Of a stretch of DNA of 64,000 bases, positions 1-13,749 are shown one piece after another; position 1 is the first letter of the stretch; the number at the start of each line of letters is the position of its first letter. The notes under the pieces were generated by a model. That model searched no databases, had not been told where the DNA came from, and saw nothing but the letters and a program-made list of their open reading frames with translations. This stretch comes from Paragordius varius (taxonomy: Eukaryota > Animalia > Nematomorpha), in contig OZ176055.1 of NCBI GenBank assembly GCA_964247055.1, positions 9,114,001-9,178,000 on the forward strand. Reading direction: 5' to 3'. Both the position numbers and the translations under genes were made by a program.

Positions 1-114
1 TATAAGCATGTAGGATCAATTAACTTTTTGTGTTAAATAAATTACAAAAAAATATGCAACAACCTTATTTTTCAAATAATGATATTTTTGGAATAAAATA
101 AAAGACTTACAAAT

Positions 115-3100
115 ATGTTTTCCCAATTCGCTGGTTATGATTCCAAAATTGGATTTTCTGATCTTATAGCTCTACCCAAGATCGATGAAGAACACATTCT
201 CAAAAATCTGAAATTAAGGTCAATTTTCCAAAACATTTTTTTTATATATCACTGATAATTTTCAAATAGTTAAGATGATAATGTTATTTATAACATTTTT
301 TTATAAATGAAAGTGTGTTTCTCATTTTTAAATATTTTTAATTGAAAAATTGAAATATAATTTTATGTGTATTAACATGTAGTTTATATAATGCCTTCTA
401 TCACAAAATTAAAATGAGAAATATTTTAAGCCACCACTTTGTGGCTCAATGAATTAATAAAAACTTAAAATTTCAAAAGTCCAAAGGGTGAATATATGAT
501 ATTCATGAAGTGTTAGAATCAGTTTCGTAAAACTCCTTCACATAGGCAAATTTAAGTGGGCTCAACGGGTCTAGACCCAATATTTTCTATTATCTTGATA
601 GAATAAAATAACAGTATCCAGTTATTAAATAAAATGATTTGAGCTATAAAAATTATAAAGAGCGTTTTATTCAATGTTTATAAACTTCACAAACTCACAG
701 GTATGAACAAGGAAAAACTTATACGTACGTTGGAGATATTTTATTGTCGATAAATCCTTACCGTTTCTTACCCATTTATGATCGGGCCCAGATTGATACG
801 TATCAAAATCGCCCTCTATATGAAAGACCTCCCCACATTTACGCCATTGCGGATATGGCACACAGCCGTCTCAAACGATTAGGAAAAAATATTTGCATTA
901 TGATATCAGGTTTACAAATTCTCTTATTTAATATCATATGGAATGTAGTTTTAAAACTGTTAATTAAAAACCCCTTTTTGTGCGAATAACTGTAATTTTT
1001 TTCGTTCCGCTGTTCTAAAAAATTGAATAATCATACGATACAAATTGCAGATTAAAGCTATATATTTTAATAAAAATTTGGTCTGTTTACACCACATATC
1101 TAATTTATCATTCCTTAAATTTGTATACACATAAGTTTATGACTTATTTTGCAAAGCACATTTGAAAACTTAATATAATAGATTAGTGGAAATTACAATT
1201 AACACTCTTTCTGTAGCTATTCATGCGCAGAAGTATTTACATATTTTATGCCAATCAATGATAGTTGGTAACATTTCTTAATAAAATAAAACATTGGAAT
1301 TCTTTGAGCGGTTGCGTGTTCTTAATAAAACTAATATTCATATAAGAGAGCAGGCGGTAAGACACCTGGAGATTAATTAAATATCGGCAGAAAGATCGAA
1401 TCCAAATTAAAAACGCCGTCCAGGTGAAAATAACTTTGAGACTAATATATAAAGAAAATAATATGAAAATCCGTTCTGATTTTTAACTAGTCTAAATATA
1501 AGAGCAACTTCCCAAAACACTAAAGGAATTTATAACACAATGTTATTTAGGAGAAAGTGGTTCAGGAAAAACGGAAGCTTCGAAAATTCTTATGCGTTAC
1601 ATTGCTGCAACAACCAGTGTAAATTGCGACATAAATATTGAAAGGTGACAAATTTTATACGATACATTTAATTAATATTTTAAAACATTGTTTAGCTGAA
1701 AATTTTTTGCAAACAAAAATATGTACTCTCGCTTAATTTGTAACGCATTTTTTTAAATATAATATTTTTATAAACCATTTTTTCTATATATATAAGGGTG
1801 GATTTCAATCGATTAAAAACAGTTCTGATCGCTTATGCGGTTTTTTAGGTTCCTAACCAGTCAAAATTGCCATTAATTCAAATTTATTATGCTATAGTTT
1901 AAAACCAAACAAAATAAGTCAATATTGGTTTTTTAGCATAAATTGAGTAATATAATTAAATAAATTGATAAAATAAAATTTTATATAATTTCAACTACAA
2001 AATAAGTTTTACCATTTTTTTATATATTCAATTTATAACCATATAAAATGGTTTTTTTGAAGCGACAAGGTCACCAAGCACTTATAACCGATCCGACTCC
2101 AGCTACATCATCCATTCATTTTTTAATATAGAAAAGCGCAAACGCGTTGTAAATATAAATTATAAACTTTCCTACCAATATTTTTATTTCATCAAAAAAA
2201 TTATATATTATATTAAAAAAGTTGATTGTTCTTGCACAGAATAAAAAATGTGTTGATTGAATCCAACCCTTTGATAGAAGCCCTGGGCAATGCCAAAACA
2301 CAATGGAATGATAATTCATCGAGATTCGTACGGTACATGGAAATTATATTTGACTACAAGGGTGATCCTTTGGGGGGACATATTGATACTTATATGATTG
2401 AAAGGTCCCGCATTATTGGTCATGCTGAGACGGGCAGAAGTTTTCACATATTTTATCAGGTAATAGGATTGGATTTTGTTTTAAAATTGTTCCCTTGTTA
2501 TAAATTATTAATCAATTATTGCGCTTTATGTTTAAAACTCAATTCTACTTTCCTTTGCACACATTCGGAAATATTTAGTAATGATGTTTTAAAATAAACA
2601 TCCTTTGTTGTCCAAATATCCGCTTTTGCGGTGATTTTATAACTCCAAATATTATATGGTTGATTCCAACAACCAGTGCATTTATGTAACATTTTTCACA
2701 AATAAATTCGCTTTGCTTTAAGATAGATAACATATAAATCTACGAATATATGGCGGTATCGAATTCAAATTTATGATTGGATATTTAAATATTTTTATTG
2801 GCTGCGTAAATCTAGTGCTGCTACGCAGTCCGAGGAAGTCCTTCAAACTTCTGGGGGGCTATTTGAATAAAGGAATCAATAAAATAATCCATATATTTGG
2901 ATTATTTCGAAACATTATTCAATAGCTATGATCTCATTGGATTTTCGAAAGTGTGCATTCATACATATATATTGTTTACTGGTGTGAAGGCCCCAAATTG
3001 ACGGCTAACAAAAAAAACCTCTATACTATAATTTATAAATTTTTATGGATAATATTTAAAGCCTTTATTAAACTCGTATAGCTTCCTTAGTTTTTTGAAA

Positions 3101-5666
3101 ATTATCTCCAAAGCCAGGCCATTTTGTATGGCGTCTTAGTTTTAAACCAGTATAACCCTACCCATAGGCCAATGGAAAAAGCGCTAAGTTAAATTTTTGG
3201 CCTTTATAGGGAAATTATTTGGAATCATCTTTGTGACCATCGTCACATAGGTTATTCGAAAAAGGACCTCAACACTAAATAATCATTCTATGGTGGCGCA
3301 TTTTTTAGGGCTTAAAGGGCCAATTAACGGCTAATTTAATAAATATCGACTTAAATTTATGCCTTGTTGGGTATTATTTTAAGCACCTATTGAACTCATA
3401 TGGCTTGATAGGTTTTTTGAAATTTAGCCCCAAAGGCACGCTATTTCGATATGACGGGTCAGTTTTTAGCGGGTATCTCCTTACCTAAGAGCTTTCATCA
3501 AAGAAACGCTTGTATAAAATTTTTGCTTTTTAACAGGGAATACCTGGAATCCTTATTGAATTTTTACGGTCTCATACTTTGGGCGAAAAATAGTTTCAAA
3601 AAATTATTTTTGTGGTCAATTTTTTGAAAAATGGCATTTACCGAGGGGAGCGGGTAAAAAGAGGGCCTAAATTAAAAAAACGAGCCGACTATGTTCGGCG
3701 CCGAAAATAAGTAAACAAAAGTCATATTTGAAATTGAATGGTCCAACACGTTTTTAGGAAAATTGTCTCAAAGACACGATTTTTGTGGACTTGTACACGG
3801 GGTGGGCCCCAACTGGGGACCCAATCTAAAAAAAGGACGAAGTTATTGTCTGGGCATTTATAAATGATTATATTATTTTCGATATTTGGATTTAAATGGG
3901 TCCACCGGTTTTCCAAAAACTGATCACAAAGACACCACTTTCCTTTTTTTATTATAGCTGTTTCTATGCATTTTATCAAACGACCAATATAGATTTTGTT
4001 TATAAACTACACCGCTTTCCAATCATATTTTGACAAATTCAGCACAATCATCTTTATATAATATTTAAAAAATTTATAACGTTTAGTTACTTGCGGGTGC
4101 AGATGACCAATTGTTGAAATCTCTTCATTTAATACGCGATGTTTCTTATTATCCATACTTGGCCGCGTCTTCAGCAATATCTAAAAAAGTAAAATTATTT
4201 AACCATTTTAATGCATTCAATTCCAATTAAACACAAAATTAACCTATTTATATGTCTAACTGTGTTATATGCGCCCAAAATATTTTTGGAAAAAATTTGG
4301 ATTTAACTCATTGATTCATTTAACAGAGGCATATTTTAATATATATTTTTCAAATCTTATATATTATAGACAGTGCTGATAGATAAGGAAAATTATAAAT
4401 CAACGCGGTTTGCCCTTTTAACCATGGGATTCTCGCCTCAAGAAACTGACACTACCTTTCGCATCATTTCAGCCATTCTGAATTTGGTAAATTACTATAT
4501 CCTAAAAAGGCTAAACTAAATAACATTATTGGACAAAACGTTTAAATATAAGTACAAATATTTTTTTCAAAAGGTGGCTAACTTGATTATTATACAGTAT
4601 GAGTAAGTAGACATTGCTAGAAGTTATTATTTATTGCCAAATAGCATATACAACAAAGGGCAGTATTATTGGCTTATAGAAATTTTTTTCACTTTTTACT
4701 ATTATTAGCCAATTATAATTCTCTTTGCTGCATATGCTATTCGGCATTAATTAATAACTTTCGAGCAATGTATGTTTCATACTGTAAATCAATTTTAAAC
4801 TGCTGCAATATGAAAAATAGAGATGTATATTGATAACACCATCAATTATCTATTTTTACAATTGCAATTAAATAATTTATGTAGAAAAATTTAGGTTTTA
4901 AAGGTACGGTTGTCTCTTAAAAAAATATTTGTCTTTATGTTATTATGTTATATCTAGGTAATTTAAATTTTTACTGTCTCTTATATGTGTTATTAGAGTC
5001 TGTTGAGTTTTACCAATGGAATGGTTGTAGATAAAAGTGACAGTATAAATGGAACAATATCTATTCAAGCAAACAAACGAGAAACTTTCAAAATCATTGC
5101 ATATTTATTACGAATTCCAGAATCTATACTAGAATCCAAACTTTTGCACAATCAAATAACTATGGGGAACGATGTCGCAAAAATTCAAATCACACCTCAT
5201 ACAGCTATATATGCTAGGGACAGTTTTGCTAAAGTAACATTATATACGCTTAGATTTGGCCCTTGCACATTTTCTTATATACCCTAAAAATAAAATATAT
5301 GTGTTTTTGGCTTGTTAAAATCAATATTGATTTGACATTCTCTAGTTTATCACTTTTTTATAATATAAAATATTCAATAAATATAGGTGTAATTTTTGAT
5401 TCGCAAAAACACAATTTTTTTAGGGTGAATTTTGAATATAGAGAAGTAAATTTAAAATGGATAATGGTGAATATGAGGTGTAAATGCTATATATTATTTG
5501 TATGTTAATATGAAAACATAGGCATTGTACGATAGATTATTCTCTTGGATCATACAACGCATTAATTACTTTATCAAAATTGTAAAGAGTAAAGATTATT
5601 CAGAACTTGATAATCGGACGATTGCTGTTTTAGACTTATTTGGATTTGAACGTTTTGCAGTAAACA

Positions 5667-5726
<60 letters not shown>

Positions 5727-8700
5727 TGACAAAATTATCATATTTAGTGATAATAAAAACCATAAAGACAAAACACTAAAAAGTAAAAGACTGATATTTA
5801 ATCCCTATTTTCTACGTGACTTCTATTGTTATAATTGTGAGATATCAAATTTAATTTTACGAATTTAGTGTCTGATAAAAATTTTGCAACTAAAAACGAT
5901 ATTTAACATTTAAGAAAATCAAAGTTTAAAAATTAGGGAATGAAAGCTTTATTTTATTTGTCCACCTTTAAAATATCTTTACTGTATTAAAGCTTTGAAC
6001 AACTATGTATCAATTATTGTAATGAGAAACTCCAACAAACATTCATAAGTGATGTCCTAAAATTAACTCAGAAAGAATATGTCAACGAAGGTCTACCTTG
6101 GAAACAAGTATATAATAGATAAAAAAATTTTGATTAAAAAGAATAAGTCGAAAATTTAAAATCCAATTTCATTCATAATATGCATTTAGCTTATAAAACC
6201 TTATTCAATATTTTACGAAATCGGGTCATGGTGTTGGTCGGCGAAATCCGTATAATATAAATTGACTTAGGCAAGCATAAAAATTATACATTTGAAACAT
6301 ACAGCACTGATAACTCAGATAATTATTATAACGTTAAAGACTATTACAAATTATTTACATATTGTATTACCGGTTTAATTCAACCCATAATATCGAATGT
6401 TTTTTGAGTTATAGTTCAAGTTAATAAGTTTATTAATTGGAATTTTTTCCTAAATCAAATTTCCCCCATTATGCGAAACGCTTTTGTTGCTTATAAATAA
6501 TAATATAAAACTTAACTTAAATTAAAAATTTTAAACGGGACTGTATGTCTATAATTTAACTGCAAAGGGAAAATAGCGGACAAAATATTTGAGTAAATAG
6601 CAAAATTATAAATAATTTACGATCTCATTCAATTTAGTTTTTATGCATTTGTATAAGCATATAAAATATTCTTTATTTATTGATAAAAAAAATCGTTTTT
6701 AATGACTTGACTGTAAATGTATATAAACAAATTCCTAATTATAATATAATTAATATTCATGCCTCTGTTAGATTGAGTTTATTGACAATTTACCTGTGTG
6801 CAAAATGATTGAAGGAGAAAATTCTAACACTCTTTTTGGCATTTTGGATGAAGTAACGGAGAATGAAGGCCAAGATGAAATATTATTCATGAAAATTAGT
6901 GAAGCCTTGGGTAAAAACCCGAATTTCAGTTCTCGCTTAACTGAGTCGGGCGATACATCGTTATCGCATAATAATCTCTTCAAAATTTTCCATTACGCTG
7001 GTCCTGTCGTATATAACACTCTGCACTTTTGTGCCAAAAATAAGGATCACATTTTAATGGTAAAATTATATTTATTGAGGTTTTCATACAGACAAAACGA
7101 ATCTAAGAACTAAAATATACAGTAAAAATTTTAAATAATACGGACAAACGTAAAATTAAAAGACAAAATATTTTTTCAAAAGACAACCGTATCACAGTTT
7201 AAAATTAATTATAATTTACAGTTAATTTTCGATTTCGTTTTCGTTAATAATATTATTTCTCGGGAATTTGCCAATTGTTAATACTTATATGAGGACGTTT
7301 TATCATTGGATTTTATTGGTCCGATGATTATTCGCAAACAAACTGGAAATGTGGATATATATTAATACTATGTGTGTGTATGTGTAATATTTTCCTTTCT
7401 TGACAATATGTCTAGGAATTTAAACAAATGTTGCGGAATAATAGTCAAGATGGACTAATTCGAAAAATGTGGCCGGACGGAGAAATTAATACTAAACAAT
7501 CCATCAGTAAATTTTGTTGTTTTTGGAATTTTTCTAATTTTAATATATTTTATATTTGGATAAAAAATACGGTTCTTACATTTGTATCAAAAGGGAAAAC
7601 CTCCAGCTTTTAAAAGCTGAAAAAAATCTTATGGGCCCCAAACCCTTAAATGTAATTTTGAAAATATATTGATATTTTTAATATCGTTTTTAGGAATAAA
7701 TTTTTTTGAGGTGTTAGAAAAATATAGATTTATTTATAAAAAATAACGTTTGAATAGTTACGCTATTATAGAAAAAAGATTGGTTATTCTTAAATGTGAC
7801 AAATTGTACATAAAATATTAATAAGATGATAATACATATTTTTATACAAAAATAATTTTTCTTAGCCACCAATTTTTAGAGAAAAAAACTGTTTTAAACC
7901 AAATGATCTCGATTCCATTTTTGTCTGATTTTATTTCGCCTTTTTTGTGAATTCACAGCAAATTCTGAAAAAATATAAGCATAATGTAAATAACCCTAGT
8001 TTCTAATTGTTTTTAGCTGGTGGTTTTTTCTCTCCAAAAATTTATAAATTTTACAAAAAAAACTTTAGCACAAATAAAACAGACAAATTGCGATTTGGTT
8101 ACGTATACTATGAATAGTTTAATAAAACGCATGGCTATAAATAGTTCAGTCTTTTACATCAAATGCATAAAACCGAACGCTGAGAAAAATCCTTGTATCT
8201 TCGACCATGAATGCGTCCTACAACAAATCAAATACATGAATCTAGTCCCTGTCGCAAGGCTAAGAAAGAATGGATTTGCCTACAGTATCAGCTATAAGAA
8301 ATTTTTGGCCAGGTTTAGTTAACAACATATAAATTTATGAAAAACAATATCATGCAAATTAGTTAGGCAACATGTTAGAGTTTGTCGAATGATATACATA
8401 TTTAAGTACATAATAATATAATAAGGATATTATTGTTTTAAAGTTAAAAAAATTTAAATTAATTAGGTTTTCCGGCTATTATAAATTTTTAATTAATTTC
8501 AGTGTTGCGAGCGAAGCTTAGATTCGTACATTTCCCCATTTGTATTATATGTCAAAATAAACGCATAAAATACTGAATCTTGTAAATTAAATTTATCGGA
8601 AAAGTAATACTATTAAAAATTCCATAATAAAAACTTGTAATAGTGTTTTGCGTAGTTTACCGAATTAAAACTAATTTTAGCCAATATCAAACAATTTTTT

Positions 8701-11700
8701 CTCCATATCAATTGAAATATATAGAATGCGAAACGGTTTTCGTAAGCCTTCTCTCCCCCAAAAAAAAAGTTTAAGCCTTAATACCTCATCTCCATTGTCC
8801 CTACAATTTCGATTATATATTATCAAAACCAAAAATAATATTACGCCTCATATAACTTCCTCACAAGGGTTAACCTAAATTTTATATACAACATTTTATT
8901 TTAGATTAAAATTGAGAGAATTACGCATTGTATTTATGAAATTTATTAAAAAAATTAAGCTGAAATGCGTACAAATATAAAAAATATAATAAAAGTCGAA
9001 AATTAAAATATATATTTTTTATATTTGTACGCATTTCAGCTTAATTTTTTTAATACTATTTTAGATATAAGTTGCTATCAAAATTCACTTGGCCAAATCA
9101 CCATTTGGAATCGGATCAAGCCGCAGTGGCCAAATTGCTTGAGGATAAAAATTTAAACCATGATGCAGTTTACGGGATCAGTCGGATATTCGTTAAAAGT
9201 CCACAAACTATGGTTAAGCTTGAACAATTACGCAGTACTATGTTAATTGGAGTCATAGTTCTCATACAAAAAGTACTTCTTATTAATACTGTTAAATTTT
9301 ACAATAAAAATTGCAATTATAAAGACAATCCATAAAAAGTAACAAGGCTGATATTTTATAAAGGCAACATGATATATTTTTAACCTTGAATTTTTTAAAT
9401 TATTTAATATAACCTATCTTTTTCGGTTGGAAAATTGAATAAAGAACAAAATTGTTAATATTTTCATATTATATTTCAGGTAATAAAAAAATCAGGGATT
9501 AAAAAATATTTTACATATATTACTTGTTTGTCTTAATAAATCCTTTAATTATCTAATTGATAAATAATCATTTGAGATCTAAAATTTATTTATATATTAA
9601 TATGACTTCTTTATATAGGAGTTATTGAGGCTAATTAATTTTGTAAATTTAACATTTTGTAGATATGGCGAGGTAAATTAGCAAGGATGAAAGTAGCCAA
9701 AATCAAAGCCGTATACAAGATTATGAATTGTTATAAACATTATTCGATTCGCCAATACATCAAATCTTTAGCCGATATATTTTCGGATGCGGATGCGTCC
9801 AACAATTATGGTCGCATGTTTTATTGGCCACTTTGCCCCTATCATTGCCGTCCCTTAGAACCTTTGTTTAAGCGTTTATATATCAGGTAAGTTTGACCAA
9901 AAAAACCAAATTTCTAGGTTTTAGAACCTTAATAAAATTTTTTACACATAGATAAAACATGAATATTCTGATAAAAAATTATTCCATCGGCATAATACTA
10001 TATGATTGCCTTTAGCGAACATTATCCATGAAATATTAATTAAGGGATTTTTCTCCAATTTTACATAGAATTTATCCGTTTTTGCGCTAAAACACAAATT
10101 TTTAAGATGGAATAATGTGTCTATAAAAAATTGGAGTCAAATGGCATACAGAGAAGTAGGAGCCCAAATCAAAATTTGCCAAACACCCTGCCTCAAATTT
10201 TTTGAGGAAGATTTTGCTTGTAAATATTAAAGGATGTATGGCAAAATTATTATTACAGGCAATAAAGCATCAATTATATTAATTTTAATAAAAAAAAGCG
10301 ATTTTAGAATTTGACCATTTTTTATTTTTGTAGTAACGAAAATTTACGATTTAAATAAATTCAATAATGACTGAATTTATTTTCATTTAATACAATAATA
10401 TTTCAGCGTAAACAATATCAAAAGCATTAAAATTTGTCCTAATTAATATATTTATTAATTATGATAAAAAATTTCTGTCGATTATTAAAAATATTCAAAA
10501 ATTTACGTTGAATCCGATAGCATTTTAACATAACAAAATTATATTGTATAAAAAATATTATTCAGAACGATAATTTTTACATGTAATTAAGTAAACCTCA
10601 AAAGCTTTTGAAAAATAATAAATATTGTTAAAAGTTCATAAGATATTTAACAATATGCAAATTAATATTTTCTAGGGCGGTATTTTATGTTTTAAAAAAT
10701 ACCCAAAAAACTAATAATCAGCTGTTGGTGCATTTTAATTTTGGCTTCATAATCGTATGTGACGTTTATGCCCATATTTCATGCAAATTTTAAAGGCTCA
10801 TCATCAATTCGATCTAAAATATCAAGTCTCTAATATAGGTACAGGGATACGCGTTTTGTCACTATAAGTTAAAGTTTAAAAAACGACCTTCTCCGATTTC
10901 ACATAATTTTTAAAAATAGGGCAGTAGAATGCATATTTATAAAAAACCGAATTTCTGGGTAGCAGTGGCCTAGTAAGGAAGGGGGGTGCAAACATGCCCT
11001 GGTCTCTTTATAAAAGGCATGGAATTAGAGTAAAAATTTAAATTATACCAAGATAATGTTTAAATATAAAGATGGGTATTTTTTCTAAAATTGTAAATCC
11101 TTTTTTTTATATAACTCATTGTTTTACACTGCAAAGTATAAATTGGAAATGCAAATTTGTAACACAAAAAATTCTGTATTTTACCATTGTAATTAAATGA
11201 TTTTTATAGGACAAAACAGGGTTTAAAAAGTAATCCTCTTTATATTTTTACGTTTTGTCCGTATAATTTTAATTTTTACTGTAAGATATTATAAAATTAA
11301 ATCCATCTGTAAACCAGGCGTAATTATCTACACCAATGTTTTACATTTTTTTTATAATATACTAAAGTTCCAAATATATTTAAATCGTTTTCACCAAATT
11401 TTATGCATTAATATAAAAATTACCCCTGGCGATTTAAAATATATTATATTTTTGAAAAATGGTTGGATACAATATCTACCAAAACAATTGATCATTACAA
11501 ATATTTTAGTCATTATGTGTAAATAGGTGGTGGGGCTATATGATTTTAAAACCTATACCAATGGAGGATCGAATAACTTTTCGAACAAAGGTCTTGGCAG
11601 CAGAAGTCTTTCATACCTTTCAATTTGATTGGGGAGCCAAAAATATTTGGCTTGGAAATTATCTTATATACGTATAAAATTAATTTTTTTCAGCAAATTA

Positions 11701-13749
11701 TATCCATAGTTATCTCTAACTAGCCTCATTATTATAAAGTTTTTTTTAACCAGGAAACAGAAAACCCACAAAGTACCCTATTTGCATTGGCGGTTGAGAG
11801 TTTAAATTACAACTTTTCAACAACTCAAAATTCTGATTCGCTGTCAAAATTTTTCCCGCATAGATCAAATTCCGCTCTCGCATTCCCCGCGAAAGGGATA
11901 AAGCCATCATTTTCTAGGACACGAGATTTTAGCACGATTTCTTTGGGCGAAATTAAAGATAATATCATTTTTTCGTCGTTTTTCAAAAAGGTTTCATATT
12001 ATTATTATACGGTAAAATACAGTCATGGATCCTTTATTTTATCAAAAAAAAAATTTTTTCGATGGGTATAAATAATTGGTAAAGAATGGAAAAAACAAGA
12101 GCTCTACGGTAATTCTTATACTTTTCTGATGTATTGTTAATACTATAGAGCTCTAGATCATTCTTTACCAAATATTTATACCCATTTAACGAAAAAAAAA
12201 TAAAATTTTTGATAAAATAAAGGATACATGACTGTGTAATACTTATTTGGGTATACTGTCTCAATAATTACTCAGTTATGGAATATTCATAAGTTTAAAC
12301 ATTAATATTTATAATTATAATCATGTTTATAACATTATTCTGGAATTAGACAAAATCAGCTGATGAATACTGAATAATTTACTGATAAATCCTAAATTAT
12401 CATTATTCCCTCCCCCAAACTTTATATAAAACTAGTTTTTAAAACTAGTTATTGGAACCAAATACTCTACTATTTTATAGCTATGCTAAGGTTAAGATAA
12501 AATATTTATAGTTAAATATTTTATATAATTGTGTGTGTTTATGTACATTATAAGTTTGGGTATATAGGTTAGCATACAGTTAGGGTGCAAAATTGAAGAT
12601 CATTTATGTATTTTGATTTAGATAAACAAATATAATAGAATAAATGATCGGGCTCTCGTTATAACATCCAAGGGTAACATCTACAAATTAAACCCGACAA
12701 AGAAATTCAAAATTATGAACGGACCAATTCCCATATCTAAAGTAAAAATGTACAGTAAAAATTGAAATTATACGGGGACAAAAGCGTAAAAATATAAAGA
12801 CAAATATTTTTTTCAAAAGACAACCAACCTTACATTTTTAAACCCTGATTTTTCTTATATAATTTAGTAACTTACGATTAAAAATGTGAGAATTAAAAAT
12901 GTTTATTGGTAACACATTCAATTGAGTCTTTTACAAATGTCATTCCAGCATTAGCGAGACATTTAAACCACTAAGGTTTAAAAAAGTATGGTTGTCTGTA
13001 TAAAAAAAATATTTGTCTTTGTGTTTTTCAATTTTGACTGTAATAATATTTTTTATTATCAATTCTGTTAATTTTGAAAATTGGGTGCAATGTAAGAATC
13101 ATAAAATAGAATTAAAATATATTTTTTATATAGTCGGGGATAAAAATTACGATAATTAATTGATGTTATTAAAACCATCTTAAAAAAGCAATTCATCTGT
13201 TGAATAAAATAAATATATATATGAAATACATTTTCTGTATTCTACTGTACTAGATCAAAAAAGTCATCTTGGCTGCCAATTCAAGCCAATTATTCATTAT
13301 AAAATATAATATGTCCAACGATTTAGTAGGTTGCCTATACAATCCCACTGATCAAATTCGTATCGGCGAATTTATTGGGACAATGCGGATGATTAGTCTA
13401 AGGTTTTATTAAATACATTCATACATTTTTTGCTTCTTTTTTTGGGGTATTCATAGCATTCAAAAGTAAATATTTTCATAGGCGCTTTAAGAGAGATGTC
13501 CCCATCCATGTTACGCGAAATCCTCAATTTATGTTTGGAACAAAATCGTATTCAATCACCTTTGATCAGGATGGCAAACTGGGGGAAAATAAAAAAACGT
13601 TTGAGGCTAAGGTCAGGAAATTTTCAACGTACATCAAAAATGGATTGAGGAAAAATTCTTTACCCATAACGACACCAACATCCTCTATAACTGACATATC
13701 AGAAACGCCTAAATTGGCTTCTGTTAAGGCATATATGGACCATTTGTGA
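115..13749 (+). CDS. Myo1d: Unconventional myosin class I, MYO1D/Myo31DF-like (divergent); 19 coding exons
   Basis: Hand-spliced GT-AG exons with consistent phases: 115-218, 701-909, 1551-1644, 2240-2459, 4087-4188, 4370-4486, 4997-5233, 5522-5667, 5993-6107, 6772-7059, 7416-7506, 8069-8312, 9065-9272, 9663-9886, 11527-11671, 11754-11990, 12622-12741, 13254-13402, 13482-13749. Motor motifs: [15 protein letters not shown]-loop [46 protein letters not shown]. Also FTWPNH (MYO1D-type), IQ motif [11 protein letters not shown] and a TH1-like tail ([18 protein letters not shown]). Confidence 0.93.
3280..3945 (+). repeat. Unclassified ~670-bp GC-richer dispersed repeat in myosin intron 4
   Basis: Colinear along its length with the reverse complement of 18490-19170, e.g. 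GCGGGTAAAAAGAGGGCCTAAATTAAAAAA.CGAGCCGACTATGT. Confidence 0.8.
4510..4976. mobile_element. Family-A Tc1/mariner-type MITE (degenerate) with nested element, myosin intron 6
   Basis: GGACAAAACG...AAATATTTTTTTCAAAAG left arm and TATTTGTCTTTAT...TTTTTACTG right arm. Left boundary approximate. Confidence 0.6.
4595..4784. mobile_element. Fold-back MITE with CAGTATGA/TCATACTG ends nested in a family-A copy
   Basis: TA on both sides. Long internal inverted arms (GCATATACAACAAAGGG / CTCTTTGCTGCATATGC). Partial related copy near 46690-46800. Confidence 0.7.
5672..5719. repeat. (AT)n microsatellite directly after the myosin exon-8 donor
   Basis: Uninterrupted AT run. Similar runs at about 17348-17380, 32449-32479 and 51254-51283. 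Confidence 0.95.
7120..7200. mobile_element. Family-A MITE, left arm only
   Basis: TA-CAGTAAAAATTTTAAATAATACGGACAAACG...CAAAAGACAACC. Confidence 0.65.
8945..9054. repeat. Perfect 44-bp inverted repeat with 22-nt loop
   Basis: 8945-8988 ATTAAAAAAATTAAGCTGAAATGCGTACAAATATAAAAAATATA is the exact reverse complement of 9011-9054. Confidence 0.92.
11027..11281. mobile_element. Family-A MITE
   Basis: Right arm CGTTTTGTCCGTATAATTTTAATTTTTACTG-TA; degenerate left arm. Confidence 0.65.
12020..12234. mobile_element. Fold-back Tc1-type MITE (CAGTCATG ends), myosin intron 16
   Basis: ~90-bp inverted arms CAGTCATGGATCCTTTATTTTATC... / ...GATAAAATAAAGGATACATGACTG. A second copy lies at 48638-48845. Confidence 0.8.
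12753..13040. mobile_element. Family-A MITE, 11 nt after the exon-17 end
   Basis: TA-CAGTAAAAATTGAAATTATACGG ... TTTTGACTG-TA. Confidence 0.8.

Noticed and set aside
4957-4996. GGT AAT TTA (GNL) upstream of myosin exon 7 as the missing conserved motif
   Set aside because: It belongs to the MITE right TIR, and that frame stops within about 25 codons; the in-frame acceptor is 4996.
11800-11863. GT...AG segment within myosin exon 16 as a hidden intron
   Set aside because: It is 64 nt; removal shifts the frame into a stop.
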